This document shows positions 37,100 through 51,617 of a stretch of 64,000 nt of DNA, piece by piece. Position numbers and translations under genes: made by a program. Source of the DNA: Lama glama (lineage: Eukaryota). Where the stretch lies: positions 50,966,001-51,030,000 of the forward strand of contig CM052816.1 in the NCBI GenBank assembly GCA_028534125.1, in the 5' to 3' direction. The notes below the pieces were generated by a model. The model was not told the DNA's origin. It did no database searches and saw only the letters and a program-made list of their open reading frames with translations. The first letter of the stretch is position 1, and each line of letters starts with the position of its first letter.

Positions 37100-39665
37100 T
37101 GTACCTATTTTTTTCATAAGAAAACTTCAGACCTACCTACTATTGAATATTCCTAGTATTTTCTTTCTTTTGCTTCTCAGATGTCACGTTTTACTGAACT
37201 GCATTGTTTTTTAGCTAAAGTAAATGGCCTGTACCTTCTATTCTCTAGAGGTAAGCACTTCTAACCATTTTGGTTTTGTTTCCTCTGTTGTTTACCTCTG
37301 TGTTTTTTAATTTATCAAACATAAGCTGATGACAGTTGAGCATTTAACTCAATTCATTCCTCCCCCATCCTCCCTATATGTTGTTGCTGTTATTATCATT
37401 ATTAATTACTTTACCTGTCACATCTGAAATTTTAAACATTTTAAAATCTATTTCTTATTCTGTCAACTTTTGACATGACCTAGCAACTTCTCACTGTGTC
37501 GGGTGCTAAAGACATTACCCCCTGCTCTTTACTTCCCACTTTTCCTTCTTATTTCTTCTAAGTCCTATTATCTAAACCTTTTCATTTTATAATTTATATT
37601 TTGTGCTATAACCCTAATTGTCTTTACTTAATCATTTGTGTATAGATTCTAAAAATTAAAAACCAGTAAGGAGTATTTATGTCATTGTAACTATCTAAAT
37701 ATTATTTACTGCAAAGTCAAAAAATAAGCTGGTTTACCTTTACCTCTCAACAAGCCCATATCACTATGCTGGGTGACCTCAAGGACAGCGCTGAATCACA
37801 GTCAAAGGATTCTTTTATTATTTGGCCTCAATTCTGCAAAATCCTGTTGCATTTCTATTTGCTTCATATTTGGACCATAATTTTCTTGCACTTTTTGTAT
37901 TTGGTTTGGTTTGGAGGACAGAGAGAAAGAGACATTTAATTATCTTGTTTTCTTCTTATAAATAGAAGAAATAGATGCTTCTACCATATCCTGGAATTTG
38001 CTTTCAACCTTATAACAAAATCTCCTTTTTCCAACAGACATTTCTCCTTACAGACCTGGGTCTTACTCCTCCCACACAGTTTTCATCCTGGGCTCTCCTA
38101 TACTGCACATCTGGCTGAAATACTCTATCTTCTTTCTTGGTTCTCTCTCTCATATTGCTATAACTGAGAAATGTCTTCAAAAAGAATACATGATTGGCAA
38201 GTTTTCTAAATCCTTGCATTTCTGAAAGTGTCTTTATTCTACCCTAACTGATTCATAGATTGGTTATGGAACCTTCGTGTCAAAATAACTTTTCCTCAGA
38301 GGTTTAAAAGCATTACTCTATTAAATTTAAATACTCCATGTGACTGATGAGATGTCTGATACCAGTCTGTTTCTCCATCCTTTTAAGGGAAATTTTTTCT
38401 TTCTGAAAACTTCTTAGGATCTTATCTGCATCTGAAATGTTCTGAAATTTCATAAGAATGTATCTGTGTGGGGGTATTTTTAGTCATCCTTTACAGTACA
38501 TGATAAATTCTCCTAATCTTACATTTAGCTCTGGGAAATTTTCTTTCATTATTTTGTTCATTTCTTCCCCTCTCTTTTCTCTACTTTTCATTTCTGGGAC
38601 TCCTGCTAATCTGATTTTAGACCTTCCAGATTGATCACATCTTGTTTTCCATATTTTGGTGGTTTTGTTTGGTTTTGCTTAGTATTCTGGAGTTTTACTT
38701 TTCAGCATTCATTTGTAATTTACAAAAGCCATTTCTCACCTTGCTTATTATTTTTTCATGGAATTCTGCTTTTGTTTAATGGATGTAATGTCTTCTCAAA
38801 TCTTACAGCCAATACTAATAGAAGTTTTTAAAGTTCTCTTCTGTTCCCTAAATTACCTCTAGTTCCTCTAGGGTCAATATATATTTCTATATTTTTAATA
38901 TATTTGAATGTACATCTGTTTATCTTGATTTTTTAAATACTACTATTTTTCCTCTACCATCTGGTATCTTGAATTCCATTCATGTTTAAGAGTGAAGGTC
39001 TGGGTTTATAATTTTAGATAACTTATTGAGGTTTCCTCTGCACTCTTTTAAGTGTAGCCCTTCCCCTAAGTGGGAAGAATGACCATGAATTACATGTTCA
39101 TGGGCTGTGAGGTTTTTAAGTGTTGAGTGGGCAAGAAGGGAAGTGCCAGAGTGAGGACAGTGGTTCTCTAGAAGCCTTAGTTTTCTTCAGACAGCGTAAG
39201 TCTGCAGAGCACCATCTGCCAAACTCTTTCACACATCAGATATATCTGAAAGGATGTCTTTAATTGGGGCACTTGGACTGCTCCCAGCCAGAGAAGATAA
39301 ACCAGAAGTTCTAGCTGCTCCAAGCCATGAAGGTAGGGAAGGATGCACCTGTCATACTTTGTTGATCAATCTTCAAACATCACTTCAGTTTTCTGCACTT
39401 CATGTCTGCCAACTTGAGCCCAATCACCTTTCATTCCATTTCCCATATAACCACCAGCCAGCTACTTCACATATTCTATCTCCTTCCTCCCATTTCTCTG
39501 TGTTCTATCTCCCAGAAATATGTTAAACTCTCATCTTCTTATAATCTCTGCCTCCTTGTCTTGCAGTTGTTACGAATTTCTAGCCTAAATACTTTACTGT
39601 GATCACAATTGGATTAGAGATGGAGGACAAGTAAATAAACATGCTTATTCTGCCATCTTGAAATC
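37100..39665 (-). mobile_element. Ancient HAL1/L1M-type element (5' end and ORF1 region)
   Basis: T-rich, with 'ttttctaaatccttgcatttctgaaagtgtctttattcta...acttttcctcagaggtttaaaagcattactc...ttagctctgggaaattttct'. Ends 'ttctgccatcttgaaatc', the reverse complement of an L1/HAL1-type 5' 'caagatggc'. The left boundary is uncertain. Confidence 0.7.
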
Positions 39666-39759
39666 ATGCATGTCAATGTACCATATTGCAGGTAACCAGA
39701 ATAATGCTTCCTATTCTGCTTTCTCCATGTTTTCTTTAATTTTAAGGCAGATGTTACCC

Positions 39760-41340
39760 TTTAGTTAATAAAAACTTAAGTCATGAAGTTATCCTTAATA
39801 TCTCCTTAAGTTGGATTCCCACATCTAGGCATTCATTGGATCCTATCTATCAAACACTGGTAAAGGTTTCAAAATTGGTTTCCTGTTTAACATTCCCATT
39901 GTCCACATGGAAAGTGTAGACTGATGAGAGGCTAATTAAGAACTTAGTAACAACTATGTGAGGTGACATATGTGTTAACCAACCTCATTGCAGTAATCAT
40001 TTAGCAATATATACCAACCAAATCACCTTAAACTTACACAATGTTATATGTCAATTATATCTCAATAAAGCCAGAGTCAGGGGAGGACTTAGTAATTCTA
40101 ACCCTCATAGACCCACCTGCACTATTGTGACAGCTTGCAAAACTTCTTCCTGCCTGTAACTTCCTTTTCAATTCATCCCACCCACTGTTCTTCTCCAGTA
40201 ACTCCACCAAAGCACTGGTTCTTATCATTCACCACATGTCAATCACCAGGACATGAACTCTTGGAAGTGCTCATGAGAACTTCGGGAGAGGTCTTTTTTT
40301 AAGACTCACTGTTTCCCCAACCATTCTTGGTTGAGAAATAAAAGAGGAAAGGAAAAGGGCAAGCATCTAAGCTGGGCACTAAGGCCCCTTCATGTCCAGG
40401 CTTCATTGTGCACTTCTGCCTTTACCTCCTTATGTTCTTTGGATTCTAACCAAGCTAAACTACTTTCTAGGTCTTTAATTTGTTCTGCAATTTCCTACTC
40501 CCACACCCTTGGTTTTCCTATTTAAAAGCATGTTCCCCTCATGGATAAAAGGTGTTGTCAAAATTTCCTCCATCTTTCAAAGACCATATGAAATGCCTGC
40601 TCTCTTCCAAAGTGTTCCTGAATCCTCCCAGCTGGAATTAATTTCTTGTCCCCTGTTTTATCTTAACACTTGGTTTACACGTCTCATACTTCTCTTAGAA
40701 TGCCTGTCATATTCTGACTTATTCAGTAGCTGCGTGTGTACACATATTTTTTCCTATATGGCAGACTATCAACTGCTTGAGGGCAGAAGTAGTTAACTGT
40801 TGATTTTTTTACTTCCTTACAACACTTAGCACAGTGCCTCTTACAAATGGCTGATGCTCAATAAATGTACTTTGAGTGAAGGTAAATAAACCTCCTGGTG
40901 AGAACTGACTGTGGCAACTGTCCATAACTTATCATTGTTCAAATTTATTACTCTAGCCTTCAAAGTTCTCCAAATATAGCTCCAATTTACCCTCTTACTC
41001 TCCTCCTGTGGGAATCTTAATTCATGCTCAAAGATTCTGTTCATAGACTGACAGACTGGCCAGCATGCTGTGTCCATCTCCTCTACCTGACCACACTGAT
41101 GATATTTAGAAGTTTGTTCAAAGTGCTTCTTTATAACCTTTTGACACCATTCAACCTACAGTATGCTCTTTCTATCTTCTGATCTCATTTGGCAATGCTC
41201 ACATCAACTGTAATTTCTTCTTGCTCCTTATATTTAATTAATCATTTAAATACCTTCCCTAGCTAAATGATGTTTCTTTTTGTTTGCCATGGTACTTTGC
41301 ATATGACAAGACTTAGGAAATATTTGATTTATTGATGATA
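39760..41340 (+). mobile_element. Several L2 fragments
   Basis: For example 'tatcaactgcttgagggcaga...acacttagcacagtgcctc...tgctcaataaatgtactttgagtgaa' (40770-40880) and 'ctagccttcaaagttctcc'. Confidence 0.65.
39951..40083 (+). mobile_element. Short L1 3' end (L1MA9/laurasiatherian type) with TSD
   Basis: 'actatgtgaggtgacatatgtgttaacc...ccttaaacttacacaatgttatatgtcaattatatctcaataaagc'; 'acttagtaa' at both 39942-39950 and 40087-40095. Confidence 0.88.
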
Positions 41341-42319
41341 TTATCATTCATTCAAATTATTCAGCAGCAATATTTTTCTATATATCTAAAAATATTAACT
41401 ACATGATTTTAAAATATGATTTGGTATTTTCCACTATAGTTATTAACATGAACTATATTAATGAAGAACAATACAGAAACATATATATGCTAATTGATTA
41501 TTTTAAGGTATTTTAAATGTCTTTTAAATAGGTTAAACCATATGTCATCATGTTTGTTATATATGTGCTTTGCATATATGCCATAATTCATTCTAAATCT
41601 AAATTATCATCAACTTAAAAGTACTAGGCTCTGATACAATGAAGGCTTGTTTGTAAAATAAATAATGGAGAATAATCTCTTCTCTTTTCAATACATTTCT
41701 ATAGATTTTTCTGGAGATAATTTTAAAGTTAATCTGAATTCATTCTAACAAAGATTTCCTACAGAGGAACAAAACTTCATTACGAGATCAAGATACGTTG
41801 CTGTGTACGTTTAGTATACACAGGAGTCTTGTCAGTGCATCAGAAACAAGCTACTTAATCTTGATGAGTTATTTCCAGAATTTTATTTCCACCTTACAGG
41901 TATATTCCTACTTTGTCTTAATTTTCTTTGTTTCATAACTTCCTATTGTATTTCATTTTCTGTTTATTTGTAATTTGACAGCCTGCTCTGGGCTTCTTCA
42001 GTTTTTCAGTGAACTTTGTTTCTGCCTTTATTGAATTTCAAACCTATTGACTTGTTCCTCATCCACTTTTTGAATGGGGAACTGAATCAATGGTCATGTC
42101 TTCAAGCGGCTTAGGTATAGTGGGAAAATATATTCACACACTTAAGTTATAATATTATAAAGCATGATATTATTAGACACTAAGTGAGTGTTATGATTAA
42201 ACAGAGAATGCAATTAAGATCTCTGCATTGAAATTATCAGAAAGAGGTATGTAGATATAATAGAACTTTACCTACAGTATACAGAACTTAACATGATAAA
42301 GAGGCCGCATGAACAGCAG

Positions 42320-42555
42320 AAATATTCTGAATTTGATGCTGGACAGAACCAGGTTCCATCCCACAGCTTGTCCCCAAACTAGCTGTGTAGTTGTAAGCCA
42401 ATCATTTTACCTTTCTAAATCTAAGTTTTACATAAAATAAAAATCTATCAGTAGGAGTTCTGATTCTTACCTCACACGGTTGTTGGAAGGATAGAAAGAC
42501 TGCAAAAAGCACTAAGCACAGTACTTGACATAATAAACACTCAATAAATTGCTTT
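42320..42555 (+). mobile_element. MIR SINE (inside a minus-strand L2 remnant)
   Basis: 'ctagctgtgtagttgtaagccaatcattttacctttctaaatctaagttt...cttacctcacacggttgttggaaggat...taataaacactcaataaatt'. Confidence 0.75.
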
Positions 42556-43269
42556 TTAAAGGATAGGGCAAGCCAGGTGGAGACACAAAAGCAAGGGGAA
42601 AGGAATGTGATGGCATGTGCCAGCAGAGTAAGTGATGTGTTAAGTCTACAGTGCCCAATTGGGCAAGTCTTAAAGGGTTTTCAATTATTTTAAAATTAAT
42701 CGTGTTGACCATAGTGAACCATGGAGCCATGGTGAGCCTGGTTCTATAACATGGAGCCAGGAGATTCCTTTAGGCAGCAATGTTTAGGATAGGTTAAAGT
42801 TAAAGAAAGATAGACAGAAAGGTACAGTGTTGTTAGCAAGAGTATTGCACTTAAAGGCACAGGGCCTGGCTTCAGGTTCCAACTCCACACATGATCACGT
42901 TTGCAGGAGGGACTTTTGAAGGTGTCATCCCAGCCATGGCTTTCCTTCCCTGGAAACTCCTACCCAGTAAAGTGGTACCCTGCAGTCATGTTTCTTCTAT
43001 GTGACACTGTAGTGACTGGCCCACGAGTGGACACTCAACCTAACTAGCCCAAGAAGACTATAAGAATTTTGAGTTTGTATCCAATTAAGTCTATTCAGAT
43101 TTTGTTAATATTTCAACTGACAAAATCAGGCCCCTTAAAGCAGTCATGTTTAGCTCAATTGTATAGGAAAGCAGGGGGAAAGGAGGTCAATGGACAGAGA
43201 AGTATAAAGGAGTTCATAGGAAAACAGAGGCATAGACAATGGATGGAGTAGACTTGGTGTCTGATATCA

Positions 43270-43645
43270 TGTGGTACACATGGAGATGTGTCACTCAGCT
43301 TTCCCTGCCCAGAAGAACTTGCTGCCCAGCTTCAAAGAATGTGATTAGCTGATAGCCTACAACCGTCAGCAACCTCAGTATGCCCCTCAGTGTGCCACCT
43401 GGGACCATGCTCCTCTTAAGGTGTGGCCAATGATCAGCGGTGGTAACAAAGATCACATTCCTTTTAGGATAACCCAATAAATGATGGAGCAAAGGGATGG
43501 AACAAGGGCTTAGCCATTTCATCCAATGCAGGACCCTTCCAGCAGGCACATTTTGGTCCAGAATTCCCCCAATGGGCTGGCCAAGACATCATTTACATCT
43601 GTATCATAGCCTGGTGGCTCCTCCTGCCCACTACTGCTGCCCAAA
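43270..43645 (+). mobile_element. LTR16A/B-like ERVL LTR
   Basis: 'tgtggtacacatggagatgtgtcactcag...gaacttgctgcccagct...ttttggtccagaattccccaatgggctggccaag...ctcctcctgccca'. Confidence 0.7.
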
Positions 43646-46600
43646 TGTTAATAGTTCTGAGGCTGATAAACATTGCTCTTTGTGTCTCTTCCTTGCCATT
43701 AAATGATCTCTAAGTCAGAAATCCTTTCAAAATTATTTGAGCTATGTTATAATAAAAGAAAAATAGGCAAATGGATTATTAATACAAAGACCAAAAAAGT
43801 CACACAGCAGACAGACAGTTTTATAGAGAATAAATGTACTAGAAAACCTGTGCTAAGGATGTGTTACATTAAGGCCAGAAAGGAATACACTGTGTTATGT
43901 AGTCATCTTCATGTGATAGAAGTTTTCCATAAAAGTATTAAGTTCCTCAGTGAGTCCTAGGAGAATGATGACATCATGTAAGAAAAAATCTGAAACAGAA
44001 TTTGGTTTTGAAGGTAATGGCAGGTCATTTTAGATAAGTCAACTGTGAATGAGTGCCAAGCAGAAGCACACAGGATGGGAAATCTCTGGACATTACGAGA
44101 CATACAGTATTCTATTTTTACTTCATTTTTTGCTTGGTATGTATATGACTCTCAGACAGGGAGAATATAAGAGATCAATCCCTGGGTGCAGGTCCCTGAT
44201 GTTTCTGAACTTGGGATTTATAGGTTTTTTGTTTTTGTTTTTGTTTTCGTTTTTAACAAACACATTTAGGCCAACTATGCTACAGAAATAGAGATTTTCC
44301 GAACAGGATAAAAGCCTTTCCACAGACCACATTCTCTATGGCATCAAGTAGAACAGAAAAGATAGAAAAAATGCCCAGGGCCCATACATATCAAGTCAGC
44401 CCCTGTCCCAGCAACACTGAGAAAAGAACAACTATCTACGGTCCCTCTGGGCAGTAGGGGACACTGCCTCCCAGCCCAGTTCTCTCCATCCTCTCTCACT
44501 GTCCTTTCCACTCTCAAAAAGGAGAGCACCCTTCAGTCAATTACAAACCCAGAACCTAAGCCACAGGTTAGACAATTTGGCCAAATTTTTCCTTTGGACA
44601 AAAAAAAAAAGTTGGGGAGGGAGCGGAATAGAAGGAAAAATCTAGCCCTGTTACTGCCCCAGGCAACATTCTTAGGCAAAGAAACTGACTCACAGCTGTA
44701 CAACGTCCCAAAAGAAAATTTTCCACACAACAGCAGTAATGCCAGACTCAAAAAAATGAGAGAAAGTTATGACCTAAGGTTCCATAACTATGTCTCTGCT
44801 GTCTAATGTCTCTGTGAACCTAATGACTCATCATTTTACAGTCAGATCAGTGTTTAAATCACTTTGTGAAGGAGCACACAGAGGGCAGAAACTTGACTGA
44901 AATGATGACTTCCCAATAGCTTCACCAGAAATAATCAATGTTCTCAAGACCGTGTCTGCCTCAGCCCAGCCAATGTGTGCAGATAGGCTCATCCTCACCA
45001 CCCTGGGGTGAGAAGAATGATCAGCAGAGGGAAGGTTACTGTGTTAGGTCCTCACGTCCAGTGCGGCAGCATCTCATAAATGTTAACGCTGACGTCCCAT
45101 TAATGTAGGCTGAGAAGAAGCAAGGTGAAATAGCCAAAAATGACCCCCAAACATTCTGATAAATGGAGGAGATAATAAGAGAACACCCGATAGGCAGGCA
45201 AGCACAATTAGATGGCATCAGTTAGGTTGAAAGGCTGCAGCTGGAAAAAGTCAGAGGTTAAGAATCCTCCATTTAGTGAGCACTGGGTGTGTGGGAGCAA
45301 AGGGATCTTTCAACATAAAGGGGTCAGCACTCAGCCTGGCAGATCACAGGAGCTTTGAGGAAGCCAGCAGAGAGATCGAGGAGGAGGTCAGGGGAAGGAG
45401 GCTGGCCTGGGGGTGACCACACACTCAGAGCCAGGAGGAGGAGGATGAGACCCAGCCTGGAAACCCTGGAGGCAGCCAAAGTGAGGCAAAGTCTGGAGCG
45501 TAACGTGGATGAGGTGATGAGAGGAGCCGCCATTGAATGAAAAGGAATTTGAAAGATAAATATGTTCAGAGAGGCAGATAACTTTTATAAGAGCATTCCA
45601 GAATGAGCAGATGAGAAAGGCAGTTCGAGTAAGGAGGGAAATAGTTGTTTATTTTCATGGGCAATTGTAGGCTTAAAAGGCAATGTTGGAGATTTTTAGC
45701 CTTAAATAGACAAACGGTATACTATTTTCTAGTCAACCACCAAATATAACGTGGTATCTGGAATACAATTTAACATGCAATTCCCAGAATAAATTATGTC
45801 AACCTAGCTATATATCTCCAGCCTCATGAAAGGCTGTGTGTGTACTTTGCTCTTCCAGAAGTGCACCAAAAATTGTACTAACTCACAGCCTCGTGCTCTC
45901 CCTTGCTGCCCAGTATCAGATGATGTCTCTGGCAGCCCACAACATGGATCCCAAAGCCCCAGCATCAGGGCTTATCACTCTGCTCCCATCACAAGACTTG
46001 TCTTCCCACAGAAAGGATTCTTTCAAGTCTGGCTCCCATTCTAGGGGGGGATGATGGTGCAGGGCTAGTTTTCCTAGCACTTAATGGAAACTAGCCTACC
46101 CCAAAAGAAAAACACAAGAGGCGGGGAATCACATGTGCCTGCTTTATTTGACACATAGCAAACAGAAAACATCTCCCAATTTCACAGTCTTCATTGGGTG
46201 TCATGCTATTATACACCTCATTCTATTAGAAGAAAACATTTAATAAGAAAGTTCCTACTTCAAAAACCAACAAATTACTTTGATGCTACTTCAAACTCTG
46301 TGTTTTCAGTTCTCCCACATTTTTGCCTTGATCCCCGGATAAGAAACCAATATATCAGAGTGAATACCTTGTTTGTGTTTATCATTGTCTTTATGAGAAG
46401 GTATTAACCTTTGCCCTTTGAGATAGCACATCAGTCGTCCTCAGATGAAACTGAACTAAGAAACATTGGAGAAATGGGAGGTTTGCTGCTGTGATGTTGG
46501 TTTTCAGTGGCCGGATCCAGCTTTGCAAAAGGAACCCACCTCACCCACCAAGGCATTCAGAAATAATTTTATTTGCTCTTATTCATCAGCAAACGAAAAG

Positions 46601-47939
46601 TAGCAAACTATAGAGCCAATGACTGTTCAACCCACCCTGTGATAACCCTGACCCTAGTAAAGCCAACATCTGTCTTGTGTTTGGAGTGGCTGACGGCCAA
46701 CCGGGGATCAGAAAACAACAATTTCCCTGGTCAGATGTAAACCTTGCCCAGCATGTTGACTTTATAAACCACCCTGTAAGCTCAGTAAATTTAATTGGTA
46801 GATAGGGTTGTCTTTCCTTGGCTCATTTCCCACCGATTAATATTACTGCCATGAGCACCCATATAATCAGACGTATACTAACAAGGCTCTGTCTAGACAG
46901 GCAGAGAAGGTTTTTGCCCTCCCCACCCCCCAGAATTAGGCATTAATACGCTACTTTCAAACGGGACAAATGTTTACATAAATCACACTGGGAAAATAAA
47001 TACTGCTCTCAAACACTTCCAGTGGAGACTCTTTAGACAGGATTAGTTAGGTATAGGCGCTACCATGTTAGTTCGTTCCCTGCGTACTTTAAAGTTGTAC
47101 GGGCCAACAAGAGGGAGGGCAGCAGTGTGTAAGAAATGTGAGTAGCCGAACTGTAAATCAGTGCTTTTGACAGGCTGATCCACTGAGCTTTGCTTTAGCC
47201 AACATTCTACCTTAATTTATGGTGGTGAGGAGATATCAGGCATGGCTAAGAATGTTCAAAATGACACTGGCCATTCCTATAGTGTGATATGAAAAATTAC
47301 AAAGGGCACTTTTAATAATTACTTTGAAAATTTCAAGTGAGGTATATCACATAGGGAAATCTGTCATCCAAAATCTAAGCTTTTTATTGTTTTCTGAAAA
47401 GAATTTTTAAAAAGTACCACCCCTCCCCCCAAAAAAACCAACTTTAACTAAGGCCTAACATATAAATGAAACTGCTAACTAACTTCTTCCTACCTACCTA
47501 GACCACTCACAACTTCACCCAATCCCTTTTTAATATTTTCTTATGCTGGGAAAATTATGAAACTAAATCTGCTAAAGAACAAAGTCATAAGTTTTCCCAT
47601 AATTAACCCTAACACCATCACTGTTACGAATTTTATGAATCTATTTATTATCACAATTAATCAAACCAAGTCAATACTTGGCATATTTTCAAAATTCTCC
47701 TAAGGAAGAGCAGAGGATACAGAAGTATTATAAAATATAATCCCTATTTCCAAGGAGTTTCTAATTATCAATTCCAGTTTAATTCTCAAGATTATTATTC
47801 TAGAAAACCAAAGCCAAATAGATAACTTGGAGAGTTTTCAGGTTAAAAAGAAAGATTTTCATCAGTTGAATGAACAATTAGCAATACTCTTCTTTTGAAG
47901 AGAGAAACTCCTGACCAACTCTAGCATGAGGTTCTAGTT

Positions 47940-48363
47940 GAAGCTGGGGCCACCAATCACAGTGTTCATTCCCTCCAGACCACAAAGGGGCAGGTGGGTG
48001 CGGGTAGCGGACACAAACTGCATCAATCACAGTCCTGCCCTTGGATGGTTTTTAGATGGAAATAAAAGGGAGCTGCTGCTTCTCAGGCAAAACGCTTTGG
48101 GAAGCACAAGGCTGGAGTTATCAGTGGCTATTGCTGCTGCTCACGGAGGAAGCCAGGCCAAGAGAAGAGAGCCAACATACTGAGAGAAGCTGAGAGAAAA
48201 GAGACACCAAATAGCACTGGAGGCTCTGCTTCCAGGGCCTCAAGGTCAGCCTCACCCCCGCCCTTTCCACAGTGTGGTTATGTTTGCCAATAAATTCCTT
48301 TCTTAGTAAGCAAGGCAGAGCTGGGCTTCTGTCACTTGTAGTCAAAACATGTCTTAATTACTC
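47940..48363 (+). mobile_element. Old MLT1 (K/L-like) MaLR LTR
   Basis: Ends 'gccaataaattcctttcttagtaagcaaggcagagctgggcttctgtcacttgtagtcaaaacatgtcttaatta'. Confidence 0.75.
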
Positions 48364-50329
48364 CATGTGGTGTTCTCCATCTTCAGAACACCTGACAAGA
48401 GAAATGGTCTTGGACTTCAGCAAGAGCTACATGATAAATGTGACTATTATTTCATATATAAATTTTGACTCTAAACAAGCTTGAACACTAAACTTGCTAT
48501 AAAGTGTATATATGGAAACTATTTCTCATCTTCAGATTATCTTGGACAACTGTCTTGAATAACTTAACACAGAGAAACAGGGCCTCGACTGGAAGATCTC
48601 AAACTATTTGTTCAACAAATTTAGGGCCTGTTGTAATGATCCAAAGACCACCCACCCCTTTCCTCAGTGCAACTTCCTACTCCTGCCTTCTAATTTCAAA
48701 TGCCCTCCACTTGCTGTCATCCTGCTACTTCTGCACCTCCACACATACAAACACATTCCAGTGTCACCTACACATTCTCTGCCTTCTCACAGCAGCCTAG
48801 GTGAACTCCCTTTTTCTCTCCTGGCCATCTGGGTAGCTACATCAGCTGGACCTCCAGCTCTTTCTTCTTAAGTTCCTCCCAACTAAGTGTTGCCATAAAG
48901 ACCACACTTTGAGAGCCTTTAGACAAGAGAACTTCCAATATTCCCATGAACAGCGTTATCTCTGCATAACAGCAGAGTTGTTTCTTTCTCTGCACATTCT
49001 GTGTCTTTTTTGGCAATTAAAGGGGCATATTTTGGAAGTTCTCTCCCCTTCCTATCATTCAGTTACAGAAAACAAAAAATAGGCAGTCCATGAACATCAA
49101 CCAAGAACATAGTTTTTTCAGCTGCTTTTCTTTAATCTTGGGATTCCTGAATTGAAATAGGGGAGGGAGAATAATTAGATATGATGCTTGAGAAATTGAT
49201 TTCTAATAGTTTTGAGTTTGAGAGTATTTGTCATTTCATCCACCAGTCAAGTGTTTCTTCATGGTTTGCTCCACAAAGAAAAGGGTACTTGGGAGGCAAA
49301 TCTGTTTGAAATTATTCAGCTCAAAGACTGATTCTGTAAAATTAGAAAGAAAGAAGTCAAATAAACTTATACTAAAAGTGTCGGTGGATTTCCAGAGTAA
49401 AGTGTGTGCCCAGCATCATGGAGAGGTTTTAAGATGACCACAGACACTGAAGAGACAAAAAGAATTAAAAAAAAACAAACAGAAGGATTTTCCTTACAGT
49501 AGAAGAGATCCAAGCCCCACTCACACCATTTTTTTCTCTTTTTTCGCCTTGACCTTCAGCTGCTAACACAACGTTGGAATTACTGCAGACACACTGGAGT
49601 TTGGAATCTCCATTAATATTTACATAGCTTGCCACCCAGGCTATGACCTGCTGCAGAATGATAAATTCATCTGTCTCCACTGAGGCCTGAGAAGTCTTAT
49701 TTCACTGGGGAATAAGGATGATTTCTGCTATACACATGATGTGATTATCACGTCTGGTTTTTCAGTCTGCCTATCTCTTGAGGCTATTTCATGGTAAAAA
49801 TGTATTCAATAAAACTTTGCAACAGCCAGGATTATAGAGCTTTCTCCAAAAGTCTTATTTCCTTAGTAGCTGTTATTATCACTAAAATGCAAGTAGGCAC
49901 AAGGCCAACAAGGAACAAGAGGTAACCATTCAGCAGCAAATGTGTCATGAACATAGGGCCCCCTCTAAATGAAGAATGCACTCAGCAGCAGATAGATGCA
50001 GAAATGCATTTCCTCCCTGCAGCTCTCCATGCCAATGCATTTGTTTTGTTCTTCACTGGAAAAAAAAAATGAGTTGACAACATTGGTTGTGTTTATTATT
50101 TTGTTTAAAAATAAACAAATTGGAATCCATCTTGGTTTTAAGAACCAAAGTCTACAAGGAAGTTAAGCCACATGATTTCTAAGGGCTCTTCGTGTCTTAA
50201 ATTCAGAGTAACATGCAGTGAAATGACAAATCTCTACATGCTATAGCTGAGTGCAACGGGAATCCAGAAAAGCTGAGAAAAGTATGGGCCAGGTGTCATC
50301 AAATGGCCATACTCTTCTCATCCTTTCTG

Positions 50330-51197
50330 GATTTTTTTTCTTGTGATGAGAACTTTAAAATGTACTCTCTCAACAACTTTCAAATATGCAATACAATATT
50401 ATTAATTGTAGTTGCACATGCTGCATATTACATCCCCATGATTTATTTGTTTTATAACTGGACCCTTCACCCATTTCGCCCACCCAACCTCTGACAACCA
50501 CCAATCTGTTCTCTGTAACTATGAGCTTGATTTTCTTCTTCTTCCTTTTTTTTTTAATATTCCACATATAAATGAGATCATAGAGTATCTGTCTTTTTAT
50601 AGCTGACTTATTTCACTTTGTGTAATGCCCTCAAGTTCCATCCATGTTGTCACAAATGGCAAGATTTCATTCTTTTTTCCAACTGAATGATATTCCGTTG
50701 TATATATACACTACATCATCTTTATACATTCATCCACTGATGGACACTTACATTGTTCCCACGTCTTGGCTACTGTAAATAGTGCTGCAATGAACATGGG
50801 GGTGCATATATTTTTTCAAGTTAGTGTTTTCATTTTCTTCAGATAAATACCCAGAAGTGGAATTCCTGGATGCATAGTTCCATTTTTAATTTTTGAGGAA
50901 TCTCCATACTGTTTTCCATAGTGGCTCCTCCAATTTACATTCCCACCAGCAGTGAGCAGGGATTTCCTTTTCTTCACATTGTGGTTTTAATCTGCATTTC
51001 TCTGATGATTAACGACGTTAAGCATCTTTTCACGTGCCTGTTGGCCATCTGTATATCTTCTTTGGAAAAATGTCTATTCAGACTGTCTGCTCATTTTTTA
51101 ATTAATTTGGTTTTTTTGCTATTGAGTTGATGAGTTTTTTATATATTTTGGGTATTAACCCTTTATCAGACATGTGATTTGCAAATATTTTCTCTCA
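50330..51197 (-). mobile_element. L1 (L1MA9/laurasiatherian type) 3' UTR and ORF2 end
   Basis: 'ttcttgtgatgagaactttaaaatgtactctctcaacaactttcaaatatg...caaccaccaatctgttctctg...tccatccatgttgtcacaaatggcaagatttcattc...ttggccatctgtatatcttctttggaaaaatgtctattcag'. Confidence 0.93.
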
Positions 51198-51617
51198 GGT
51201 GATTCTAAAATACATCTGCAGTTGAAAACAACTGATCTAAATGGTAAGGATAAGAGCAGAATAAAAGTAATAGATGGGAAATGAATATGGCATAAGGAGA
51301 TTAACCGATTTCCATTAGTTTCAAAAATCCCAGACAGGGTTTCCAGATAACTTCCACAAAGATAGAAAATATACTTGTGAAAATTCTGTACAACCAAAAG
51401 AAGAAAATTATGTGATGTTCAGTTAACAGTTTATAATTGCCATTTGTGTTTCATCACTTATATTTTATAGATCAAGTGTCAGATTTTTAAAAACCTTAAT
51501 CTTTTTCTTTCAAAGAAAAAGAAAGTTAATAGAAAGTTTACTCCTAAATGGCTCAAATGTCAGTCTTTGAAGTTAAGATATCTATTTATTATCCATGGCA
51601 CTAATAAAACTATTACT

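Noticed and set aside
49525..49680. Minus ORF ending near a GTGAGT donor
   Set aside because: Unrecognised peptide and a modest acceptor; no independent support.
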